DNA of 64,000 bases from Styela clava (taxonomy: Eukaryota): assembly GCF_964204865.1 (NCBI RefSeq), contig NC_135264.1, forward strand, positions 11,780,001 to 11,844,000, read 5' to 3'. Below, in pieces: positions 29,124 through 54,616 of the stretch (position 1 is the first letter of the stretch; the number at the start of each line of letters is the position of its first letter). Under the pieces are notes generated by a model. It was not told the origin of the DNA. It made no database searches and worked only from the letters and a program-made list of their open reading frames with translations. Position numbers and translations under genes: made by a program.

Positions 29124-30953
29124 TTGGGTTTCACTTATCGTATGTGCTTTTGTCACGCACAAAGCGATGAAATAAGATACGTGTACAGTAGTGTTGTTAG
29201 TCTGCCAAAAAGTGCCGGATCTGTCTGGCTTTTGACGGGACAATATTGACTCAGAAAAATACTAGCTTTTTCTCCAAGCATCAACCCTCCAATTTTCAAT
29301 ATGCAAGGTTTCAGTAGGGTTTCACTGATCGTATGTGCTTTTGTCGGATGTCTGAAAAATGCCGGATCCGTCTGGCTCCAAGCATCAACTTCACACTTTT
29401 TCAATATGCAAGGTTTCAGTAGGGTTTCACTCACCGTATGTACTTTTGTCACGTACAAAGCGATGAAATAAGATACGTGTACAGTAGTGTTGTCAGTCTG
29501 CCAAAAAGTGCCAGATCTGTCTGGCTTTTGACGGGACAATATTGATTCTCCAAGCATCAACCCCCCAATTTTCATTATGCAAGGTTTCAGTAGGGTTTCA
29601 CTGATCGTATGTGCTTTTGTCGGATGCCTGAAAAGTGCCGGATCCGTCTGGCTCCAAGCATCAATTTCACACTTTTTCAATATGCAAGGTTTCAGTAGGT
29701 TTCACTGATCGTATGCGCTTTTGTCACGTACAAAGCGATGAAAAAAGGTACGTGTACAGTAGTGTTGTTAGTCTACCAAAAAGTGCGGGATCTGTCTAGC
29801 TTTTGACGGGACAATCTTGACTCAGAAAAATACTAGTTTTTTTTATCATACTTTCATGAGCTTTTGCTAGATGTTATTTTAGTGGGGCAGATTTCATGGT
29901 ACTGTTTCCAAAAGGTTTCCATGTAGGCTACAGAACACACTGAAGACCATCCCGAATAAGGTACGTTACCCAAAATCTAAATAAACGTCCTGATACTTTC
30001 TCTTTTTACTTGACATTCTGTTTCAACAAATTCTAGTGTGCTATTTTTGTGGTTAAAAGAACTCGACTTATTTAAAGGTGTTAGTTTTTAATTTCGGTTA
30101 AAATATAGTTCTACTGATAATTAATAGGCTAATACCGATTTCTTGTACCGCCTGTAGTTATGTAATATTGGATCATTATTGCCAGGTGATATCGAAACAT
30201 AAGATAATTTACACAGTTTTACAACTGGTTATCGAGCACCGACACCCGAGGTTCTACGATCTGAATAAAGGAAGAATTTTAGAGTTTTGAACTACTATGC
30301 CTTATGTTGACGGTGAGCACCGAATGAAGTATTTGAGAAAGAGCTTCGGAAACGATCGTGTCTGAACAATGCAACCATTTAAGGGGTGCACGGGACTAGG
30401 GGGTCATGACCTCTTCAATGAAAAATATAAGAGGAAACGGGAGCCAGCAACTACACTCTGTCTAAGCGGATAAAATTCCCACTGAATCAACTAATATATT
30501 AAAGTAGCAGGTTTAGGTGTATCGGGTCCGGTAAAATGCAGAACTAACTTCAAAAGTAATCTTTTAATCAATTTGAATTTGATTAGTTTGCAGAGAAGGG
30601 AATTCTTTTATAAAAGGACCCCGCTTTTTAATGCAAAAATGTTAGGTTTGAGGAAAACGCTGGCGCCACGTTTTAAACGCTGCAGATTGTTTTTCTTTTG
30701 TGCGTGTGTGTTTTTGGCCGGGCCTCCACAAAATATCCGGAAAATTCCATTCGCAACCACTATCACCCGAAAAACAACAACTTAGAAAACGATTATAATA
30801 TATTATGTACATATAGTTTAGAAGTACCACTGGAGGGAGGTATATATAAAGACCAGGTCACACATTCTTGCTTTTCTATGCTTTGCCATAACATGGCCTC
30901 TGCTATTTTCTTCTCGCTGTTATTTTTCTCATTTTTATAATACAAATATTCTG

Positions 30954-31054
30954 GTTGCTTCCCGTAGTATTCGTAACAACCTGAACATAGTATGTGTAAC
31001 AGGTAAGCGTTAGCAGGTTGTGCGTCATCTTGATACGAATACTATGGGAGCGCC
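30954..31054. mobile_element. Short GG-terminal MITE (paralogous copy at 36772-36884)
   Basis: CCCGTAGTATTCGTA / TACGAATACTATGGG inverted ends; TATTCTG flanks. Confidence 0.65.
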
Positions 31055-31813
31055 CTATTCTGTACTGCTCTGACGTACGTTAAAAGGTATTTGCATTCAA
31101 ATGTGTACACGGTGAATTCGTTTCATTTTTTGCGCGTGTTCACTTGAGTGTGGCAGAATAATATTATTATTTATTTTAAGTAATAGGGTTCGCAAACCCA
31201 AATGTTTATCGTCAATTCTCACACTTATCTTGATCTTGTGACTAAAATGAAGTACTACGATAATTAATTAATGAAAAATTCGTAGAATATGAATCGTAAG
31301 TGATAAATGTCAAATACAAAGTACAAGGGCAGATACAAAACGCCATGATTGATCACTGAAATAACGACGTTTGGCAAGCATATCTATGACATGTCGACTT
31401 TAGCAGCAGCTTGTTTTTGACGAATGAGACGCGTTTTACTTGGACTTAATTGGGAAAAAGAATATTTGGGATGTCGATACCTTTGTACATGAGTTTTTTG
31501 AAATGTTTTCATGTTTTTTGAATCTCTAATGGTGGAATAATACGTATTCTAGTAAGTTCTGATATGAGTGTAAATTTTGACAGTATGAACGACGAACATA
31601 GGATACTTGCCAGTTGCCACAGATAAATACCAATAAAATATTCGTACTCATTCATTTTCGTAACCGATTGAACCGCGTTGACAAACATATCTTGCATAGT
31701 ATTTTATGAATTATTAATCTGGTATACCCGTTAAATCTAGCAAAGCTAATAGAAATATACATTATATCGAGTATTAGGTGGACGCGTTAATATATAGATG
31801 AACCAGGATGCAA

Positions 31814-31829
31814 TCATAATGACTCAGCA
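31814..31829 (+). promoter_or_regulatory. Antioxidant response element (Nrf2/sMaf) upstream of PTGR1 copy 3
   Basis: TCATAATGACTCAGCA matches extended consensus TMAnnRTGAYnnnGCR; about 450 bp upstream of the ATG. Confidence 0.6.
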
Positions 31830-32276
31830 TGATTTTAATTTGTGCAACGTCATTCTAGAGAAAGGATGACCCTACATGAAAGACGATCAGGGTTGTTTGC
31901 TTTGGTTGAGTAGACGCGTTTAGGACAAAGAACTATTCATCTTTCAAATAAGTCTGGCATTTTGGCATAAGTTAAGCATTTTTACCTGAAGGGGGAACGT
32001 ATATTGGCAGAGGGAGTCACAATCGTTCACTGACGCGCCTAAAAGCTGTATATATTGAACAGTCTCTGCAGAAAGCGTGGATTCATTTTAGCTGGCACAG
32101 ACTCAAAGCAAACACAATTAAACGCTGCTAGTGTTACAGCGAGGCGGAAAAGAATTCCATAATGCAGAAAGTGACACGTAGGCCAGGCCCTACTTCCTTT
32201 TGATCGCATGCTTTTATAAATGTATATATATAATTTGTTAGTTTAGATTTAAAACATAAAATAAAACGCTGCCATC

Positions 32277-35468
<3,192 letters not shown>

Positions 35469-36771
35469 ATTTCAATCACCATACTATCATTATCATTAAT
35501 AATTATATTGTATCAATTTAACAGTTTTGCAATTTGATTCGTACGCCCTGGTAGTAACCTCATATTTTGATGACGTCATAATATCATGCCCGGTTAAATA
35601 TATGCCCTATGTTTGATCAAAACTATCATGCAAGGCCTTCTAAGCTAATCAAACTGAAACATTGTTTGCAATTTATTATCGACTTTTGCTGCTTTTTATA
35701 ATATTACTGATAACAATTGATTTCAGTTTATCAGCATATTTCTTGATACAATATCGACGATTAAAATAATTGCTCAATGGAACAAAGAAAATATTTCTGT
35801 TCCCACCTTTTTACCTAGATTTTCTGTTAACCTTTAATGGCTACATTGAGAAAACCACATCATTTCTTTTCATAGTTCGGTTTTGCTGTGAGATTTAGCT
35901 GAATTGAGTAATGTCTAGCATATAAACATACACAAATTATATAAAGTGATTCTACTCTTCGTACATTGTCCTAGTTCAATGTTTCTTAACTTTTTTTTTT
36001 GTATTTTACCCCTTTACCAAATGAGATTTCAAGAGTTCTCTCCAATACAGCCATTGGGGATCATTTATTAAAAATTTGTAAAGCAAACTATGAAGAACTC
36101 TAGAAGTCTCTCTCTTTCTCCCTTCTACCCTCCTCTTTTTACCCCATATCTCTGCATAGCCATCCATTAGACGTGGAAATGGGAGAGTGAGGTTTGATGG
36201 AGGAAAAAGTGTAGATGGGAGAGTGGGAGATTAGAGGGGGTAGAGCATTTTTCTTTCAAATAAATTAGAGCTATTCACGACAGTGAGAAATACTTGGTGG
36301 AATCATTCAAGCAGGGTGATTTTGTTGAGGTCGTATTCCGGTGCTTTTGATGCATATGGGGAAGGGAAGTCGCGGGAACCAATTGAGCAGCGACACCCGA
36401 TGTTCTAATATCTAATTGAAATGAAGAATTCTAGAGTTTTGAAACTACTATACCTTATGTTGACGGTGAGCACCGAATGAGGTATTTGACAATTTGAAAA
36501 AGAGCTTCGGAAACGATCGTGTCTGAACAATGCAACCATTTAGGGGGTTGGACGGGACTAGGGGGTCATGACCTCTTCAATGAAAAATATAAGAGGAAAC
36601 GGGAGCCAGCAACTACACTCTGTCTGAGCGGATAAAATACCCACTGAATCGACTAATATGAGCAGGTTTGGGTGTATCGGGTTTGGTAAAATGCTTATGC
36701 TTTGCCATAACATGGCCTCTGCTTTTTTCTTCTCGCTGTTATATTCTCATTTTTACAATACAACCATTCAG

Positions 36772-36884
36772 GGTGCTCCCCGTAGTATTCGTACCAAGAG
36801 GGCGCACAAGCTGAACGTAGTATGTGTACCAGGTTAGGGTTAGCAAGTTGTGCCTCATCTTGGTAGGAGTACTACGGGTGCGCC
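36772..36884. mobile_element. Short GG-terminal MITE
   Basis: GGTGCTCCCCGTAGTATTC / GAGTACTACGGGTGCGCC inverted ends; internal GGTTAGGGTTAG. Confidence 0.65.
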
Positions 36885-38119
36885 CTATTCTGTACTGCTC
36901 TGACGTACGCTAAAAGGTATTTGCATTCAAATGTGTACACGGTGAATTCGTTTCAAATTTTTGCGCGTGTTCACTTGAGTGTGGCAGAATAATATTATTA
37001 TTTATTTTAAGTAATAGGGTTCGCAAACCCAAAAGTTTGGTTAGTTCTGCCCGAAGCACCCTGTTTATCGTCAATTCTCACACTTATCTTGATCTTGCGA
37101 CTAAAATATGCGTCACGATAACTAATGAAAAGTTCGTAGAATAAGAATCGTAATTTATAAATGTCAAATGCAAAGTACAAGGGCAAGTAAAAAATGCCAT
37201 GATTGATCACTAAAATAAACGATGTTTGGCAAGCATATCTATGATATGTCGACTGATGATCCTAGAGCAAAATCTTTTGGCAAAATTACAAAACATCAGT
37301 TATTTTAGCAGCAGCTTGTTTGTGTATTTGACGAATGAGACGCGTTTTACTTGGACTAAATTGTGAAAAGGAATATTTGGAATGTCGATACCTTTGTACA
37401 TGAGATTTTTGAAATGCTTCCATGTTTTTTAAATCTCTAATGGTGGATCAATACGTATTCTAGCAAGTTCTGATATAAGTGTAAATTTTGACAGTATAAA
37501 CGACGAACATAGAATACTTGCCAGTTGACACAGATAAATACCAATAAAATTCGTACTCATTCATTATCGTAACCGATTGAACCGCGTTGACAAACATATC
37601 TTGTGTAGTAATTTATTAATTATTAATCTGACATGGCCGTCAAATCTAGCAAAGCTAATAGAAATATACATACTATTGAATGTCAGGTGGGCGCGTTACA
37701 AAATATTTAACTTAAAGATGTAATAATGACCCTATACGAAAAAGGTCAGAGTTATAGACGAAGAACGCAAATTACTCGTCCTTAAAATAAGTTTAGCTGA
37801 AGCAACTTCGTGACTCACAATTTTACCTGAACGGGGAACGATTATTGGCAGGAGGAGGAGGAGTCACAGTCGACAACTGACGCGCCTAAAAGCTGTACAG
37901 GATATAAAATAATCTCTGCAAGAGGCGTGAATCAATTTTAGCTCGCCCAGACTCAAATCAATTCAAATAGACACTGCTAGTGTTACAGAAAGGCGGAAAA
38001 GAGTTCCAAAATGCGGAGAGTGTCATATAGTTCCTTTTGATGGCATGCTTTTATAAACGTATATATATAATTTGTTAGTTTAAATTTAAAACATAAAAAG
38101 TATTCAAAACGCTGCCATC

Positions 38120-43502
<5,383 letters not shown>

Positions 43503-43557
43503 ATTCCAATCACCATACTATCATTATCATTAATAATTATATTGTATTAATTTAACA

Positions 43558-44439
43558 CAGGGGTCTCAAACTCGCGGCCCGCGGGCCAATTGCGGCCCGC
43601 AGGACGATAATTTGCGGCCCCCGCCTTGGTATGAAAGTTTAATGTTAGTGCGGCCCCTAAATCACTCAGCTCAGTTAGAATGAATAATACATTTAATTAT
43701 AATCAGGACACGTAGAGCAAAACAAAATATTTATAATCTATCCCCCGAAAGGAATATGCGGCACGGTAACCTACTAGTACCGTACCTGTAGGCAGGGTAT
43801 TCGATGGACCTTTGACCCCGAAGAAAATTTTCTTATGCTTTACCATTGCTAATTATTGGTGCTTATTTTAGAGGTGGCTTCGCGAGTTGAAGCCTTTAAA
43901 CTGGGGTATATGTTTCACGTCATCATTTTGATTCAAAACATTCAACAACCTGTTTTTCAACAGTACCGGTAGAGAAGTTTAGCCTAGTCTATCACAGCTA
44001 TTACTAGACTTATTTTTGATTACGGCAATTAAGCTACGACGCCCGCAATCAGAATGATCATTGAGTTCTTTGATTCATACTTGAATTTCTGAAACACAAC
44101 CCAAAACTAACAAATAGCATGCAAAAACGAGGTAATGTTTACGAACATGCCTGAAAATCTTCCTGGTTGACAAGTGTCTGAGCGTTTGCGAAAAAGTCTA
44201 TTGGTACGTCACATTTGCGTCTTGCTGATTAGCCAATGTTACGGAATAAACAAGGAAGTAGATGCTCGGGGAAAGGTTCATCGCGGAATTACTTACATTT
44301 ATGTTTTGCGTATAGAAAAATGGAGGAAAAGATTTAACTTTTTAAGTTTAATGCTTTTATTGTGAAAAAACTGATGCGGCCCGGACTCACTAAGGCTCCG
44401 TCTCGACGGCTCTCAAGTAAATTGAGTTTGAGACCCCTG
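43558..44439. mobile_element. Charlie/Buster MITE just 3' of the copy 4 stop codon
   Basis: Perfect TIR CAGGGGTCTCAAACTC; perfect TSD ATTTAACA; empty site in the other copies. Confidence 0.93.
43806..44279. mobile_element. Nested MITE with AT flanks (ISL2EU-like ends); same family as 53421-53919
   Basis: GGACCTTT / AAAGGTTC ends; internal sequence colinear with 53421-53919. Confidence 0.75.
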
Positions 44440-44590
44440 ATTTAACAGTATTACAATTTGATTCGTACGTCCGCATTAACCACATATTTCATACGTAACA
44501 CATTTTGATGACCTCATAATGTCATGCATCTCCTTTAAACGGGTAAACCGGTTTGTCGAGATTAAAACAATCATGCAAGACCTTTTAAGC

Positions 44591-45953
44591 CAGGGTGGTC
44601 CAAGGTTGCGAAGTTGGCGGGCCGCAAAAACTTTTGAGAATGTCTCGCGGGCCGCAGTCGGAGAGAAGAACCCAAATATGATCAAAACATCGCGAGTTTA
44701 CTCAATTTAAATATATTTAGAAAAGAGAGTTTACCGTTCTAATCAGCTGCATGGAGATATATGAAGCCTTTTAGTTATTTTTAAATTGCTCCCCGAGAAA
44801 TACTGTGGTATTTTCGGTATCTTTTCTCGTGTTTGGTTTTGTAATGTCGCTTCAAATTATATTCTTCCGTGACAGGTATTACTTGAAGTATACACTTTTA
44901 ATTTTGATTTCTTTCCCAGGTACTCATCATAGAGTGTTGATTTCTTCAGAAAACATAGTATGGAGAAGTAGTAAAATTCAGGTATTGTTTGCATTTTTCA
45001 TCAACCCACAGAATGACAAGAAGATTAACCCCAAAAATGAGGAGCAAAATTGCTGTTCGGCAAGAAGCTTATAAATCAGTAAAACAAACTCTTTACCCGA
45101 GAATTTGGAATTAGTTCGGCTCCTACACGACGAACAATTCATCGTAAATTTATGGAAAATGGATCTGTAGTAATGCACAAATATCAGGAAGTCCAGAGCG
45201 GACGCTCTGAGGAAAAATATTCAAAACGAATTAATTCCGAATTCTGAGGAGCTGAGTTTTCCTTACTGATTTATATGCCTTTTGCCAAACAACAATTTTG
45301 CACCTCATTTCTTGGGTTAATCTCCGTGTCATTCTGTGGGTTGATGAAAAATGCAGACAATACCTGAATTTTACTACTTATATATCCATATAATACTGTG
45401 TTTTTTTAAGGAGATGAACGCTTTATGATGAGTACCTGAAAAGCAAATCAAGATTAAAAATGTGTATATACTTACTTTTATGTATTTGACTAATTTTAAT
45501 ACTTGCAGCATGAGCAGGCCTTGTGCTATCAAAGAACAACCAAGTCTGTCTAAGTTGACTCCGGATCCAGCTAAAAAAAATGGAGCGTGGCGCTAAGTCA
45601 GCTCTGCGGTTCGTCACTACTGTCACATAGCCAACGCTTAAAAATGGAGGAGTGTTTTTACTAAAATGAAGGCCCAAAACGCCTCTCCAAATGAGGAGTG
45701 AGGTTACTTGACGCGAGTTTAAAGTACGAATTTTAGATAAAAAATCATCGCCTTGGTCCTATCTGCACAAGACAATTCATTCTTCTTGTATATACCAATT
45801 ACAGCACGACTTTCCCATATTTACACCTTCTTGAAGTTTATGAAAACAACATTGAAAATGTTTAGTAAATATCTGCGAACGATTTAGTGCACGCTGAAAT
45901 ATCTCTGCGGGCCGCACGGAATGTGTTGGCAGGCCGCGGTTTGGACCACCCTG
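44591..45953. mobile_element. Charlie/Buster MITE
   Basis: TIR CAGGGTGGTCCAA; flanks TTTTAAGC / TCTAAGC at the site read TTCTAAGC in other copies. Confidence 0.85.
44893..45464. mobile_element. Foldback element with about 200-bp inverted arms and TA flanks (Tc1/mariner-like), nested
   Basis: 44893-45092 is the imperfect reverse complement of 45254-45464 (e.g. GCATTTTTCATCAACCCACAGAATGAC / GTCATTCTGTGGGTTGATGAAAAATGC). Confidence 0.85.
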
Positions 45954-46889
45954 TCTAAGCTAATCGAACTGAATCATTGTTTGCAATTTATTATCGACTT
46001 TTGCTGCTTTTTGTAACATTACCCATAATATCAGCATATCCTTGGTGCAATATCGAGGATTAAAAAGTATTTTTGTTCCCTTTTTTACATAGATTTTCTG
46101 TTAGCCTCTAATGTGTACATTGAGAAAACCACATTTTTTTCTTTTCAGAGTTCGGTTTTACTGTGAAATTGAGTAATGTCCAGCATATAAACATACACAA
46201 ATTAAATAAATTGATTTTACTCTTAGTACATTGTCCTAGTTGAGTGGTTAATATATATACATTTTTGCATATTTTACCCGTTTATCAAATGAGATTACAA
46301 GATTTACCCCCAATGTTTGCTGTGGATTGGTGATCATTTATTGAAAATTTGTCAAACAAAGTATAGTGAGGTTGCTTAAATTATTAAGAGGTTGCTTAAT
46401 TAATTTTAACGTTTGGCAAGCATATCTATGACATGTCAACTGATGATCATAGAGCAAAATGACGTCAGTTATTTTAGCAGCAGCTTGTTTTTGTTTTTAA
46501 CGAATGAGACGCGTTTTACTTGGACTTAATTGTGAAAAAGAGAATTTGGAATGTCGATACCTTTGTACATGAGTTTTTTGAAATAATTTCATGTTTTTTA
46601 AATCTCTAATGGTGGTTCAATACGTATTCTAGCAAGTTCTGATATGAGTGTAAACTTTGACAGTATGAACGACGAACATAGGCTACTTGCCAGTTGCCAC
46701 AGATAAATACCAATAAAATTCGTACTCATTTATTATCGTAACCGATTGAACCGCGTTGTCAAACATATCTTGCATAGTATTTTATTAATTATTAATCTGG
46801 TATACCCGTTAAATCTAGCAAAGCTAATAAAAATATACATTATATCGAGTATTAGGTGGGCGCGTTAATATAGATGAATCAGGATGCAA

Positions 46890-46905
46890 TCATAATGACA
46901 CAGCA
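46890..46905 (+). promoter_or_regulatory. Antioxidant response element upstream of PTGR1 copy 5
   Basis: TCATAATGACACAGCA matches TMAnnRTGAYnnnGCR; differs from the copy 3 site only at a free n position. Confidence 0.6.
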
Positions 46906-47376
46906 TGATTTAAATTTGTGCAACGTCATTCTAGAATCTAGAGAAATGATGACTTTATACGAAAAAGGTCAGAGTTGTTTGCTATGGTTAAGTAGACGCG
47001 TTTAAGACAAAGAACAAGAACTATTTATCTTTCAAATAAGTTTGGCCAATGCAAATTCGCGACTCAGCATTTTTACCTGAACGGGGGACGAATATTGACA
47101 GAGGGAGTCACAATCGTTCACTGACGCACCTAAAAGCTGTATATATTGAATAGTCTCTGCAGAAAGCGTGGATTCATTTTAGCTGGCACAGACTTAAAGC
47201 AATTACAATTAAGCGCTGCTAGTGTTACAGCGAGGCGGAAAAGAATTCCATAATGTAGATGTAGAGAGTGTCATGTAGGCCCTACTTCCTTTTGATCGCA
47301 TGCTTTTTTAATGTGTATATATAATTTGTTAGTTTAGATTTAAAACATAAAATAAACTATTCAAAACGCTGCCATC

Positions 47377-50967
<3,591 letters not shown>

Positions 50968-51582
50968 ATTCCAAATACCATACCACCATCATCATTATTA
51001 ATTCTTTTATATCAATTTTGCAATAATACAATTTGATTCGTACGTCCGCAATGACCATATTTTTATTGATTCTGGATCTTATATTACACCGAGAAGAATC
51101 AATACATGAAAACAGATGATACCTTGTTTTAGATTGTGACGTAACACATTGTGATGGCGTCATAATATCATGGGTAAACCGGGTTGTCGAGACTAATAAC
51201 AATTTAAAAATATCATCATCAAATATGAGCCCTTCTAAGCAAATCGAAACTGAATCGGTGTTCATAAGGTATTATTGACTGCATATCGACTGCATTATGT
51301 TATATTACTGATCAATATGAATTCAGTTTATCGTCACATGTCTTGTTACAATATCAATGATTAAATTATTTGCACTGTGTAACAAAATCGTTTTTTGATT
51401 CCAGCTTTTTACCAAGATTTTCTGTAAGCCTTCGATATGTACATTGTGAAAACCACTTTTACCACGGAGAGGTTGGAAATGTGACAGTTTTAAAAATAGC
51501 TTTGGGAACGATCTTGTCTGAACAATTTAACTATTTAGGGCTGTACGGGACTAGGGAGCCATTGCATTCAGGTGATCTAAGT

Positions 51583-53240
51583 CATAGGTTCTTAAAGTGC
51601 TCCGTACGGAGCCCCAGGGCTCAGCGAGAGAAACCCAGGGGCTCCGCGAGCTATTCGGTTACTTTTCAAAATACTGACTTGGCTAATTTTGTAACTGTTC
51701 AAAGAAGCAATAACAGCTTTGATAAAATTGGACAACAATATAGCCTCGAAATATGGCAAAAAGGCGGAATTAAAAAATGACATTATTTATAAGTAGGAGC
51801 ACAGCCAGGATTCTTAAGAGGGAGGGGTTCAAAATTGGAATTGGAAATTTCTACGCAACATTCTTCATTTAAATTGCATTTAAAGTGTCTTGTCGTAATA
51901 ATTCTAATTGTGCTCATCGTCACTCACGTTTGATTCGAGATTACTATTAGGATTACTAAAATGAAAGAATACTATTCTAAAACAAGAGAGCTACGCACAA
52001 ATATATGGACACGTTAGACCAGAGCGAATCAGTCTTTACCGGTACCTTTGACGCTACCGGTACCCTCAAAAAAGTTTTGAATTTCCAGTAGCAAGAATTT
52101 TGCCGAATCAAAACGTACAGCCAGTCATGACACTGACTAAAATCCGTGTTCCCATGGATAAAAAATAATACAGCAAAATTTTAGACGAAATATCAAATTT
52201 CATAGAATTCACGCAAAATTTTGAAATAAATAAAAGTAATAGCCTTCTAGCGAAGAAATTAATCTTTAACCACTGAAAATTTCAAAGCAATTGGTCCAGT
52301 ATTCGAAGAGAAAAGCGATTTTTTTAAAAACGTGTCAAAGAACAAGAACAACAACAACATAATATTGAAACGATCGTTATGGCCACTAAACGTGTCCAAT
52401 AACATAAAATACCCAAGGTCTGGGCAAAATATGAACGATTGTAATTTATTTTATTGCATGCGGCTAAAAGGTACAACGCATGCACAATTGACTGTGTTTC
52501 GATTTCGCAGTTACTATGATGAATAACCAAAGTAAACATAAAACTAAATTTTGTGATTCACAATGTCTATAAAAGTCTGCTGAAACAACACTTATAGTGT
52601 TATCTCCCATTTAAGTTTCAGTTTTAATATTTTAGAATGCCGCTTTCCAATCAAGAAATTCGAGTTGCGGATTCAACTCTTTATTAATTATTATTTTTAG
52701 TATTTCGTCGCCGATGACTATAATATGATAACATGTTTTTTTACATTGAACTCATAATTCCCCACGAGAACAAAAAAGCAATTATCGTTGTCATTGTGGA
52801 ACAATACACGTATATGTCAATGGAAATTTTTGATTTAGGAAGAATAAACATCGGCGTAAAGATGTTTAAGGTTTAAAACACGCCATACTGACGAAAACAA
52901 TCGGCGATTGTAACAAAATGCAATCGCGCGCGTTTTTAGCGCCTTTTAAGTCTTCCAAAAATGTCAAAAGGGAAAAGATTCGACCCCTAATTTATTAATA
53001 TGTTTGTCAAGTGTCAAATTTATAGCTTTAGTATATATAATTTATCTTTGAAATTTAGATTCATTTATGACTTGTATTAACCCTATTAAAAAGGTGTTGC
53101 ATTCAAATTAAGTAAAGTACTTTTAACTTACTCAGGAATATTAATTGGAAAGTAACAATTTTAACATTTATTTTGGGGCTCTGTGAATAATGGTCAACCT
53201 TTTCAAGGGCTTCGCAACATCAAAAGTTTGAGAACCCCTG
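51583..53240. mobile_element. Charlie/Buster non-autonomous hAT
   Basis: Ends CATAGGTTCTTAAAGT / AGTTTGAGAACCCCTG; perfect TSD ATCTAAGT. Confidence 0.85.
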
Positions 53241-53420
53241 ATCTAAGTGGATGAAATTTCAACGAAACTGAACTTCAAATTACGAAGTAGTAGTTTAGCA
53301 ACCCTGGACGAAATTGAGAACACTTCACCACTTTTTAAAACAGTAGCATTGGGAATACTTTTTCCGGTCACGCGGACCAGAGGCCACTAGCCGTCCTGCG
53401 AGTTCATCTGTCCGAATTAT

Positions 53421-53919
53421 GGACCTTTCCCCGACCTTCGACCCTTGAAAATTTTTTCCTATACTTCACCATTGCAAAATTTTCGGGGCTATTTTAGGAA
53501 TACTTTTGCGAGTTAGCGCCTGTAAAATGGGGTATGTGTTTCAAACCATCACTATGATTCATCGCATTCAACAATCTGTTTTTAAAAGTACATGTGAAGA
53601 ATTTTAGCCTAGTCTATCACAGCTATTTCTACACTATTTTTTTATTACTGCAATTAAATTAAAAACTCCTGAAAAGCCAGAGTGATCATTGAATTATCTG
53701 ATTTATATTTAAGTTTCCGAAACACAACAGAAAACTAACAAATAGAGTTCAAAAAGGCGAAAATGAGGTAATGTTTACGACCACGCTTGAAAATCTGTCT
53801 GAGTGAGAAAAGTGTCTGAACGGATGCGAAAAGGAAGCATTGTTACGTCACTTTTTGCATCTTGCTGATTGGCCAATGTCACGAAGTAAACAAGGAAGTC
53901 GATGCTCGGGGAAAGGTCC
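53421..53919. mobile_element. MITE with AT flanks (ISL2EU-like ends)
   Basis: Perfect TIR GGACCTTTCCCCGA; AT on both sides. Confidence 0.85.
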
Positions 53920-54616
53920 ATTGGCCTGACATATTACAGATTCAGATTCAGATATTTATTTCCGTCATGCAAGAAATATTGTACAAATAAACAGTAAAAA
54001 TAAATCGAGAGAAGAAATAACAGACGTACAATAATTCGACTGCAATAGACGAGGAGTCGCGAATAAACTATAAAGTTAACGTGTCAGCGACACCTAAATA
54101 GCTGTAAACAGCAGCAGATGAAGTTAAATAAACAGGATTTAAACATATATATTTTTTGAATGAACACAATTTGGAAAATGTAAGTCGAATTGGGGAAGTC
54201 AGTTAGGAGAACATAGTTAAATCGAAGATAATCATGAGAAACGAGAGAAAAACAAGAGCGCGTCAGGAGGGGAAAAAATGCTCAAATTGTCAGCGTCATG
54301 CTCGGGTCGGCACCGTCACAGCTGTCGGGCTTCTGATTGACATGACGCTGCCTTGCGGAGATAAATTACGGGGAATTCCCAGCAAACCACAATAAGGGAA
54401 TTAGTTTTGGAGGTATAAATACATAATGAAGTTTGGGCAACAGAATCACAATACGAGAGGTTAAGTACACGGCGAAGAGATTTGGGGTAACGTAGCTTGT
54501 GGAAGAATAGTGAAAATATTCAATAACACTGGAAATGAATGATATGAACAAATAAGAAAAACATCACATTCAGCAAAATTGTCATCAAATACAGGATTGA
54601 TGACCAGTGAATTAGA

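Larger units (their letters stand above)
27665..29830. repeat. Complex tandem repeat (about 105 and 180 bp subunits) derived from transposase coding sequence
   Basis: GCAAGGTTTCAGTAGGGTTTCAC...GTATGTGCTTTTGTC core recurs about six times; one copy is split by the 27826-29123 insertion. Confidence 0.85.
27560..30016 (-). pseudogene. Degenerate Buster/Charlie (ZBED8/FAM200-like) hAT transposase N-terminal half with internal tandem amplification
   Basis: Minus-strand frames give MSSKKRKYQDVYLDFG, NSTMKSAPLK, RQKPDRSGTFWQT, KAHTISETLLKPCILK..LMLGEKAS, QISLSK and KSRINKM, with stops and frameshifts. Confidence 0.85.
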
